Positions 52,236-63,300 of a stretch of 64,000 bases of DNA are shown in pieces. The notes under the pieces are model-generated. The model saw only the letters and a list, made by a program, of their open reading frames with translations, had not been told where the DNA came from and made no database searches. Made by a program: the position numbers and the translations under genes. This DNA comes from Hemiscyllium ocellatum (Eukaryota), in NCBI RefSeq assembly GCF_020745735.1, contig NC_083435.1:28643231-28707230 (forward strand), written 5' to 3'. Within the stretch, counting starts at the first letter, position 1. Every line of letters begins with the position of its first letter.

Positions 52236-52809
52236 CTGTTTAAGAGGAGAGATAAAGAGAAACCAGGGGTAAATAGAGAAAAATAAGGTGCGAGAAAGGA
52301 AAAGTGCAATAGAATTAATGTGAAATTTCATAAATTGTGCTGTAATAGGTCATTCAGCCCAACCTGTCCATGTTTGTCTTGACTGAATTATCGGATTTAC
52401 TGTACAGATGGAGGCCAGTTCATCCATCACGTCTATACCAGTTAATTCTCCTCCAAGTTCTTATTCAATATTTTCTAGTCTTCACCTATTATCATTGCCC
52501 TGCATCTCTCCCTCCCTGATATTTGTCAAGCGCATTTCTAGTGTTCAGTGCAACCACTCCACCGTTGATGAGTTCCACATTCTCACCATTGTTTGGTTTG
52601 AGAGGGCTATTTCAAGTTCCCTATTGGCTTTCTACAAATGAGAAACACTCTCTTACAATCCATGTTACAAAGATTTCCATCATTATAAAGATGACAAAGG
52701 GGGTCACCTTTCTGTTTTCCAGGGGAATTGGGAGCCAGCCTGTCAATCCATTCTTGGTATATATTGACATGCGTTTCTGGTGTCATCCTGGCACACCCTC
52801 TCAAGTGCA

Positions 52810-53375
52810 GGGTCCTATCTAGGACCTCTGCTGTTTGTGATATATATAAATGACTTGGATGAAAATATGAATGGATGCATTAGTAAAGTTTCAGATGACA
52901 CAAAGATCGGTCGATATGCAGATAGTGCAGAGATTGTCAAAGGATACAGTGGTATATAGGTAAGTTGCAGATATGACCGGACAAATAGCGAAGGAGTAAG
53001 TGTGAGGATCTACACTTTTGGAGATCAGATGTTAAGGAAACGTACACAGTTAATGACAGAACCCTGAACAGCATTGATGTACAGAGAGATCTTGGTGTTC
53101 AAGTCCATAGCTCCACAAAAGTGCCCATATAACAGGATAGGTTGGTAAAGAAGGTTTATGACATGCTTTGATTTACTGGTCAGGCAATTAAAATCAAGAG
53201 TCAGGGTGTCATGGTGGCTCAGTGTTTAGTACTGCTGGCCGGGACCCGGGTTTGATTCCAGCCTCGGGTGACCATCTGTGTGGAATTTGCACATTCTGCC
53301 TGCATCTGTGTGTGTTTCTTCCAGGTGCTTTGGATTCCTCCCACAATCCAAAGACGTGCAGGTTAGGTGAATTGT
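52810..53375 (+). mobile_element. CR1 RT fragment followed by SINE fragment
   Basis: ttcagatgacacaaag (SDDTK) region; SINE head tcagtgtttagtactgctg at ~53220. Confidence 0.65.
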
Positions 53376-55560
53376 ACATGGGCTCCAAGATTCATCTGCA
53401 CATCCACGCCAACAAGAATCTTTCTATTTAACCAGTACTCTGTATTCCTATTAATCTTCCCAAAGTGCATCTCCTCACATTTAGCTGCATTGAACTCCAT
53501 TCGCTACCTCTCAGCCCAATTCGGCAGTTTATCCAGGTCCCCCTGCCACCTATAACATTCTTCTAAACTGTACAGTACTCCACTGACTTTAATGTCGTCT
53601 GCAAATTTACTAATCCATCCACCTATGTTTGTGTCTAAGTCACTTATAAAAATGACAAACAGCAGTGCTTCAAAAACAGATTCTTGTGGCACACCACTAG
53701 TAACTGGCCTGCAGGATGAATATTTTCCATCAACCACCATTCAGAAAGCCAGTTTTAATCCAACCTGCTAAATCACCATCAGTTCCACGCCTCTGCATTT
53801 TATCTAATAGGCTACCATGCGGAACCTTGCCAAAGGCTATACTGTAATCCATGTATACCATGCAAACAGCCCTACCATCATTTACATGCTTGGTCATTTT
53901 CTCAAAAATTCTATGATGTTCGTGAGACACGATCAGCCAAAAACTATGTTGACTATCTGAAACCAAATCGTTGCTTGCTAGATGATTATAAATCTTTTCT
54001 GTTATAATCCTTTCCAAACCCTTTCCTACAACAGAAGTAAGGATCACTGGTCTATAATTACCTAGGTCATCTCTTGAAGAAGGGCACAATATTTGCAATC
54101 CTCCAGTGCTCTGGTACTAAACCGGTAAAAAATTTTCACTCAAATAACAAAGCCAACCTCTCTGCTATCTCCTCCCTAGCTCCCCAGAGAATCTTCAGTT
54201 AAATCCCATGCAGCCCAGGGGCCTTATCTACTTTCACTCCTTCGAGAATTGGTAACACCTGTTCGTAACTAACCTCGATCCCCTCTTGTTTAATATCTCG
54301 TACCACAATCTCCGCCTCTAAGATATTCTCCTTTTCCTGAGTGAAAACCGATGAGAAATGTTAGTTTAGCACCACTCCGATTTCCACAGGGCCCACACTC
54401 AACTTCCCACTTCTGTTTTTGACTGGCCCTATTCCTACCCTTATCAACCTTTTATTCCTCACATCCATATAGAAAGCTTCGGGTTCTCCTTTATTCTATT
54501 TGCTGAAGACTGCTAGTGTCGTTTCTTTGCACTTCTTAACTCTCTCTTTAGATTCTTTCTAGCTGATCTGAAACTCTCCATCGCCTCATCTGAACCATCT
54601 TGCATCATCAACACATAAGCTTCTTTCTGCTTAACAATAGATGCAATTTCTGTAGTAAACCACGATTACCTTACCTTATCATTTCCTCCCCGACTGACAG
54701 GGACATACGTACCAAGGACGCACAATATCTGTTTGTTTAACCAGCTCCTCATTTCCATTGTTTGCATGCCATGCATTTTGATACCCCATTCCATGCATCC
54801 TAACTCTTGCCTAATTGCATTATAATTGCCCTTGCCCCATCGATAACTCTTGACCTGTGGCACGTACCTTACCCTTTCCATCACTAAACTATATGTAACT
54901 GTATTATGGCCACTCTCTCCAAAGTGCTCAACCTACAACTAAATCAAAATCCTGGCCTGGTACTTCACCAAGCTCCAGATCCAGTGTGGCCTCCCGTTTT
55001 GTCGGTTCTTCGACATTCTGTGTCAGGAAACCTTCCTGCACACATTGGATAAAATCTGATCCATCCGATGTACTAGGTTTGTCGCATTTCCAGCCAATGT
55101 TGGGAAGTTAAAATCCCTCATAATGACCACTTCGTTCCTTTCAATCCTCCACAGAATAATTCTGCCAATCCTCTCTTCCAGCTCCCTGGAACGCTGCAGA
55201 GGCCTATAAAAAACTCCAAGCAGCGTGACCTCTCCTCTCCTGTTTCTAACCTCAGCCCACACTTCCTCAGTACAAGAGTCCTTGTCAAAAGTTCTCTCAG
55301 ACAACATTATACTCTCGTTGACTAACAAGGCCACACGTTCAGCTCTTTTTCCACCTTTCCTTTTCTTAATGGAAAATATAAATCCTGGAATCTGCGACAT
55401 CCATTCCTCACCCTACTCTTTGCTTGCCTCAGAAATAGACACAACATCGAAGTCTCAAGTACCTATCCATGCTGCAAGCTCAACCACCTTATTTTGGTTA
55501 CCTCTAGCGTTGAAGTTGACACACTTCAAACCAGTTTGTCTAGGGAAATTTTGGGCAATA
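53372..55560 (-). mobile_element. Internally deleted CR1-type LINE spanning APE endonuclease to RT
   Basis: ORF 55023-55400 (LGVFYRP...RDFNFP, APE endonuclease); ORF 53504-53740 (SKFADD, RT). Confidence 0.88.
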
Positions 55561-56321
55561 AGTTCAACCTAAACAGCAGCACCCGTATCATATGAAAGAC
55601 TTTTTTTTAAAAAAAATCTTCATAAGGTTATATTCCAGAATACACTGGGCATTGTCCTCTCGTAGAACCTCAGGTTATGCTCTCACTTTTCATATGAAAA
55701 CATAAAGATTTTGTTAAATGTAATATCACAGAATAAACTAGGCCCACACAGATCTTGCTGCACTCTGAAAATTTGAGGATATGTAAGATGTCTATATACT
55801 GCATTTCACCATCCCGGGACTTACTGTACGTATGGCCATACTGTAATACTCGAGGATACAAAAGTCCTGTCATACTGCAATCCATACTGTGGTCCTCATT
55901 GTACTCTAACATCCCAAGATACAAACAATCCTATTTCAGTTTAATATCCAGAGTATACTGGGTCCTATTTTAAAGTGATATCCCAGGATAAACCAGGTTC
56001 TGTTATGCATTGAACATCTCCAGATGATACTGTAAAATCCCAGGTAAAGTCAAGTCTGTCAAAGTACAATATCCAAGATTTGTTCAGCCTTGTTGTCCTG
56101 CAATATCCAGTTCACATCAAGCCCTAAGGTTATGCCTCAGTGCACATAGTCTCAATAACAGTCCCTCAAAATGGTGCAAGGTGTTTGAGGGTTTATATCC
56201 ATATCCCACAATCACTATAATGTGACTCAAACTGTCATGGGTTATTGTCTGAGTTCTGCCTCCCCCTTCCGCAATCCCGTTCTGAGTCTGATTTCTCTCT
56301 GACAGTGAGAATCAGTTTTAC

Positions 56322-56588
56322 CATAAATCACCACCAGCTTCTCCTCCAGCCCGCTGTGCTCCACCTGACAGGAATACTTGGCCTGATCCCCCCGATCAAA
56401 CTCTGTTCATTTCCTGAACTGGAAGGCTCTGTCGTCACTGGATAAGATCCCAGTGGGCAGTGTCTCATCAGTCAGCACACCATCCCTCTGCAGAGTCACC
56501 TCAATGGATTTTGGGCAAAAACCCAGTGATGAGACAGGACAGCAGGTTGGAATCACCCAGATGGGTAAAAAAAACACCATGGGGGCAA
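56322..56588 (-). pseudogene. MHC class I-like copy B, alpha3 exon
   Basis: ccccttag acceptor and GT donor; 267 nt; +2 (T8 run) and +1 (T5 run) frameshifts; TGA at 56409-56407 in place of Trp; EVTLQRDG...TGIL...YSCQVEHSGL. Confidence 0.92.
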
Positions 56589-56639
56589 CTAAGGGGGAGA
56601 AGAGGAGTTACTCTCTGAAGATAGATAGAAAAAGATAGA

Positions 56640-57590
56640 GATTCTCTGACATCATCCTGCACCTTCACTGACTCTCACTTCACTGGGCACTCAGTGACTC
56701 TCACTCCACCACATGCTCATCAACTCTCACTTCACCCTCACTCAACGACTCTCACTCGTTGTTTCCCCAATCAATGACTGTCACTTCATCCCTACACCTC
56801 GATTCTCACTCCTCCCTGCTACTGATCATCTCTCACACCCCACGCACTCACCGTCTCTCACTGCCTTCACCCATCGACCCTCACTAACCTCCCACTCACT
56901 GACACACTCCACCCACTGAGACTCACACCTCGCACTCACCAACTCTCATTCCCCTCCACACTCATCGACTCTCACACTCCCCACATTCTCCGACTCTCAC
57001 TTCTCCCCCCAAATCACCGAATCTCAAACCTCATCAACTCACTGTCACTCAACCCCACACATCAACTCTCACTACCCCCCACTCACCGACTCACTCATGA
57101 ACTCTCATTCTCTCCACTTACCAACTCTCACTTCACCCTCTCACCAGCTCTCACTTTCCTGACACACACTGACTCTCAGCGCCCCCACCCATTGACTCTG
57201 ACTTTCTTCCCCATTCACCAACTCTCACTCCCCTCACAGTCACCAATTCTCACTCCCCCACACTCACCGACTGTCACCCCACCCTCGCTCACCGACTCCA
57301 CCTATCACTCCCCCACACTTACCAACTCACAGACCCCCCTCACTCACAGACTCTCTCTCTCCCCACTCACTGACTCTTACTCACCCCCAAGCCTCCATCA
57401 CAGACTCTATGACTCCCTCACTGACTTTCACTCTCCCCTCTCTCATAGACTCCTACTTTCTCCTTACTCAACAAATCTCACAATCCTCCGAATTCACAGA
57501 CTCTCACTCTTCCCTCTCATGCACTGCCTCTTGGTTTCCCTCTCACTCAATGAAGCTCAATTACGCCTCACTCACTGACTCAATCCCCTT
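56640..57590. repeat. C/T/A-rich low-complexity tract (CACT/CTCA motifs) forming the alpha2-alpha3 intron of copy B
   Basis: G almost absent on + strand; recurrent actctcact and caccgactc. Confidence 0.85.
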
Positions 57591-57597
57591 TACTCAC

Positions 57598-57805
57598 CTA
57601 TTCGCTGTCCATAATCCAGGTAGTTCCTCAGCCAACTGACACACTCTACCTCCAGGTATACCTTCCATGCCAAATTGTTGAATGCATGCTGTTCCCAGCA
57701 ATTCTTGATATTCTCACCCCACAAGACTGAAGTCACCCACGCTAGGTACACCATGTTGAAGCTGAGGAAATCTTCTCCATCGCTGCCCCTTTGATGGAAT
57801 CCGTT
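57598..57805 (-). pseudogene. MHC class I-like copy B, 3' part of alpha2 exon
   Basis: NGFHQRGSDGEDFLSFNMVYLAWVT...WKVYLEVECVSWLRNYLDYGQRI; GTGAGT donor in phase 1; 5' part replaced by the duplicated block. Confidence 0.88.
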
Positions 57806-58503
57806 TGTAGATGGACCATAGTGAAATCTGGACTTTGAGAGTTTAGTTATGATGAGAGATGAAACAAACCTGAAGTGTTCTCTGAAATTTGGCAGGTTAA
57901 GGGCTGATTTGGTTGATGCTTTTTGAGATATTAAAGGAAGTAGCCAATTTGATGGAGGCAAACTTTCTGTTGTTTGAGGAGTCTCAAAGTCATTTTGTAA
58001 AAGTTAAAGCCAGACACATTGGGTGTGTCGTCAAGAAACTCTTCCACATTGAAAAATGGTTGAAATGCTACAGACATCATTTCCCAAGATCAGCGTCTGG
58101 ATGGGAAAAGAGATTAAGGTAGGACTGACTCCTGCTCACTCTCAAATTCTGGCGCATTTTGAAAATCTGATTCCTGATTCATGGCATCATTCATATTTTG
58201 TTCACTGAAATCTGACCTGCTAATGCCTGAGCTGTATAATCAAAATGTGACTTCTATTCCTGGATAGTAACCTCACCACCAACTGGTGACCACTCCCCCA
58301 CCAGTGACTCTGCAAGTGGCACTACCCTGTCAGTGATGGTGATGTGTACATGTTTGACCCCCTTCACAGACCATTCACCAGTGGGTTAGCATTGGACCTC
58401 AGATCTTTGCACTTTCAGTAATTAGTTAACCTTTACCTTCACTCTTGTTCACAACAATTATTGTCAAGACTGATTGAACACTGTAATTGCCTTACTGTGA
58501 TAT

Positions 58504-59294
58504 AAACTCTCCAACTGAGCATTGCCCTTTGATGTGAAGAACGCTGATTGTCACAGGCCACTCGGGTGTTTCCTTTCTTCCTGGTGGTGGAAATTAAATA
58601 AAGATTCGTGTACCTTGTGTATCTCACTGTGTCTCACACCGACACACACACACACCATGGGTTCTGGGGAAAAAATAAGCACTACCGCATTTAGGCGGTA
58701 GTGTGTGGGTTAATAAAGAAGAACAGAAAAAAATAGATAAAAGAAAACCCCAAAAATTCCTGTCCAACTGAACATTGCCCTTTGATGTGACGGGCACTGC
58801 TTGTCACAGGCCACTCGGATGTTTCCTTTCTTCCTGGTGATGGAAATATAATAAAGATTTGTGCAATTTGTGTATCTCACTGTGTCTCACACACACAACA
58901 TGGGTGCTGGGTTAAAAATAAGCACTACTGCAGTTAGACGGTAGTGTGGGGGTTAAAGGGGAAAGAAAATTTTAAAAATATAAACAGGAGTTTTTCCCCC
59001 TCCAACTCTATTTTGATTTAATCCTGCCCTCTCCTTCACTGTAAAAGAAGAGAAAAATAAAACTGTCCAAGTGAGCATCCCCTTTGATGTGAAGTTCACT
59101 GCTTGTCACAGGCCACTCGGTTGTCTCCTTTCTTCCTGTTGGTGGAAATTAAGTAAAGATTTGTGCACTTTGTGTCTCTCACTATATCTCACAACTGCAC
59201 ACACACACCATGTGCGCTGGGGAAAAAATAAGCACTACCGAAGTTAGTCGGTAGTGTGTGGGTTAATATAATTAAAAAAAACAACAAACAAAAA
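58504..59294 (+). mobile_element. Three tandem ~220-290-bp units of an unclassified short element, each preceded by AAACTGTCCAACTG-like sequence
   Basis: Units start at 58518, 58771 and 59074; shared body, 3' hairpin CACTACCG-N-CGGTAGTG, A-rich tail. Confidence 0.8.
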
Positions 59295-60392
59295 CTTCGG
59301 AGGTATGGCATTGAGGATACATTAGAGGTTTGGATTAGGAATTGGCTGGCTGGAAGGAGACAGAGGGTAGTAGTTGATGGATTATGTTCATCTTGGAGCG
59401 CAGTTACTAGCGGTGTACCACAAGGATCTGTTTTGGGACCATTGCTTTTTGTTATCTTTATAAATGATCTAGAGGAAGGACTTGAAAGCTGGGTAAGCAA
59501 GTTTGCGGATGACACAAAAGTCGGTGGAGTTGTGGATAGTGAGGAAGGAAGTGGTAGGTTACAGCGGGATATAGATAAGTTGCAGAGCTGGGCGGAAATG
59601 TGGCAAATGGAATTCAATGTAGCTAAGTGCGAAGTCGTTCACTTTGGTAGGAATAACAAGATGATGGATTACTGGGCTAATGGTAGGCTACTTGGTAGTG
59701 TGGATGAGCAGAGGGATCTTGGTGTCTATGTACACAGATCTCTGAAAGTTGCCACCCAGGTAAATAGTGCTGTGAGGAAGGCATATGGTGTACTGGGCTT
59801 TATTGGCAGAGGAATTGAGTTCCGGAGTCCTGAGGTCATGTTGCAGTTGTATAAGACTCTGGTGAGGCCTCATCTGGAGTATTGTGTGCAGTTTTGGTCG
59901 CCATACTATAGGAAGGATGTGGAAGCTTTAGAACGAGTGCAGAGGAGGTTTACCAGGATGTTGCCTGGAATGGTAGGAAAATCTTATGAGGAAAGGCTGA
60001 GGCACTTGGGGCTGTTCTCATTGGAGAAGAGATGGTTTAGGGGAGATCTGATAGAAGTGTATAAGATGATTAGGGGTTTAGATAGGGTAGATACTAAGAA
60101 CCTTTTACCGCTAATGGAGTCAGGTGTTACTAGGGGACATAGCTTTAAATTAAGGAGTGGTAGGTATAGGACAGATGTTAGGGGTAGATTCTTCACACAG
60201 CGGGTTGTGAGTTCATGGAATGCCCTGCCCGTATCAGTGGTGAACTCTCCTTCTTTATGGTCATTTAAGCGGGCATTGGATAGGCATTTGGAAGTTATTG
60301 GGCTAGTATAGGTTAGGTAGGATTCGGTCGGCGCAACATCGAGGGCCGAAGGGCCTGTACTGCGCTGTATCCTTCTATGTTCTATGTTCTAT
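59295..60392 (+). mobile_element. Young 5'-truncated CR1/HER1-type LINE with an uninterrupted RT C-terminal ORF
   Basis: ORF 59256-60311 open (GVPQGSVLGP, SKFADDTK, RPHLEYCVQFW); (CTATGTT)n tail. Confidence 0.95.
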
Positions 60393-63300
60393 AAAAGAAA
60401 AGAAAACTGTTCAACTGCAGGAGAGGACCAGACAGCAGCACCTGTGGATAATGGGATATGAGTTTAAGAGTAAGAAGAGGAGGAAAATCTGCTCTCTGAG
60501 GCTTTGAAATTCCTTCCACAGAGAACTGTGCAAGCAGAGTCCCCGTGTACATTTCAGGATAAGATGGATCCATTCAGATGGAATCACAGCTGAAAGGGAA
60601 GAGGAAAGGGCTCACGAGGAATGGCAGTTCAACCGTGATCCGACTGAGTGGCAAAGCAGGCTGGAGGGGGTGAATGGCCTACTGCTGATCCTACTTATAA
60701 AGCTCTTATAGTCATGCATCACAGGCTCATCTCCTTTCCCTGGTATAATTGTTGTCTCGGAATCTCTTGACTTTAGCTGTTCCCTATGTTCAGATTGCGA
60801 GCGCAATGCTCTGTCTGACTCTAAAACAGGGAAATAGTGGTGTACTGTCCTCCTGAGTGGAATTCAAGACTCAATCATTCTGTCCAGGCCTCTGAGATTC
60901 TCCTGACAATCTTATCTTTTTTAATAAAAGCAAAGTACTGCGGATGTTGGAAATCTGAAACAAACAGAGGGAACACTGGAGAAACTCAGATCTGGCAGCA
61001 TCTGTGGAGAGAGTGAACAGAGTTCTCGTTTCAAGTCCAGTCTGACTCTTCTTCAGAACAAGAATGAATTCTTCTGTTTGGCAGTACAGTCATGCCTGAC
61101 TCGAGACGTTATCTCTGTTTCTCTTTCATAGATGTTGCCTGACCTACTGAGTTTCTCCAGCATTCTTTGTGTTTGATTTTTTTTGTTCTCAGATGGCTGT
61201 CTGCTTCATCTTCCATGCCTGACAGATACTTTTTTTTTCATTTTTCATCACTTGAGAGCTTCTAAAATCGATGGTATCTCTATAACGTTTTGTCAATAAA
61301 GACCTCAAGCTGTTTGGTTTGCACTGCCGCCTCACAGAGACAGGATTGATTCCAACCTCGGGCGACTGTGTAGAGTTTGCACATTCTCCCTGTGTGCGTG
61401 GGTTTCCTCTGGGTGCTCCAGATTCCTCCCACACTACAAAGATGTGCAGGATAGGTGGGTGGGCCATGCTCAATTGCCCCATAGTGGCTAGGAGTGTGCA
61501 GGCTAGGTGTTTTAGGATAGGAGAGAGGGGTGGGCCTGGTTGAGCTGCTCTTCAGAGGGTTGTGTGGAATCAAAGGGCCGAATGGCCTACTTCTGCACTC
61601 AAGAGATTCCATGTTTCCCACCAACCACCACCGCCCCCCCCCCACCACACACACACACGCCAGTATCGCACCACACCCACACGTCAGCTGCTTTACTGAG
61701 GGCAGAATGCATGCAGGATTTTTCTAATTAAAAAGTGCAATATGGCCAAGATTTAGCAGGGTGATAAATTCTGAACCCATATCAGTGAGAATTCTGGCCG
61801 TTCTGACTCCTGGAGACCAGCATTTGTCTCCAGATTCTTGGGGGAAAAATGACGAGTGGATCACAGGAAGAAGGTGAGGGCCTTCAGGGGATGGGAAGAT
61901 GGGGTTCAGAGGTAATAGCTGAGTGGTGACCTCTAGCAAGCATCTTCTAGCCCTTTCCCTCTAGTTCTTCCAATATTGCACCCAAAATGGGGACCCTGAC
62001 ACTGCACTTAAAACTAGCAAACATGTTGATCCAGTTCTCCATCTGGGAGACCAGTCACAACTCTTAGCTGCTGGGAAGACAGTTAACTGAGCTCTTGACT
62101 AAGGCTATTAATTGGCCATTAATTGATTGATGGTGAGTGAAGACGTCACCCACAGAAATTGCTACTGAACCTTTAATCATCGAGATGGCGAGAAGCTTGG
62201 GTTAAAGTGCGCAAGTATTTGCTCTTCCTGACTCTTGCCTCACTACTCCAAGGGAGTCTGTAATCAAACGTTATAATTCCAGAGTAAGAATCAAGTATTC
62301 AAATTGCAGCTCATGAAAACCAATTTAGAACTGTCCTGAAAGTCATTTGACGAGACTGAAACACGTGATTCAGATGTCATGAAATTTAAGGAGTCTGCAG
62401 TCCTTAAATTAGCTCTCTTTAATAAGCCAATGTTGCATTTTCAAGCTTTTTAACAGAAATAGCCCGTGTAATTGATATTTGGCTTACACTTTTTCAAATG
62501 AAGGTTTTGTTTCTCCCTTGTAAGTTTGTCTTCCCATGCGTTTTTCTCTCTCTCAATAACAGAGTTTCTTCGTAAGCATGCTGTCTCTGCAGCATTATCG
62601 GGTCAAAATCCATACACCTTTTAGGAAGGTTTTGATTCTTTTGTAGGTTCAAATTAGCAGGAAGCATTAATAACAATTAGCAAACAGTTTGCAGAGATTA
62701 CAAAAAGCAAGGTGGTTATTAAAAAAGGACCCTAACAATCTTTGAGGAGGTAGTTGAACTGTTTACAGGAAATTGTGCTAGGTGCAGAGCAGAGGAAACT
62801 TAAGAACATAATGACAAGTTATCACACGGGTGTGGATTAGAGAATATTACGGAAGTACTTTGTATTCGTCTTCACACAAAATAAAGTTCTAACTAGAGCA
62901 CGACATCCTTATTCCATTCCAACCCATCATTCAAGGTTAGAATCTGGAATGAAGAAAGCTGACAACATGTTACTTCAGAGGTCCCTGTCCAGCACCTCAA
63001 GCAGTGGTTCCTATTTTTGATATTTCAATTATTCCTGTGGAGAAGTCGGCCACGCTGAGCAAGCGGATGAAGTGAGGCAATGTAACTAATCCCATTTTCG
63101 AGTTCAGACAGGAAGAGGAAGAAGTTTGTGTGCACAAATTTCTCGAGGTGTCACAAGAAGTTGAGAATAACTGCTTTAAAATGAAGTACTGTGAGCTTCT
63201 GAACTTTAAGATCTCCAAGAAAATATGGAGGGAAAGGCAATGGCCTAATGATAATATCACTAGTTATTAATCCAGAAACTCAACTAATGTTCTGGGGACA

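Noticed and set aside
57192-57578. Ser/Thr/Pro/His-rich mucin-like ORF
   Set aside because: Translation of the low-complexity intron of class I copy B
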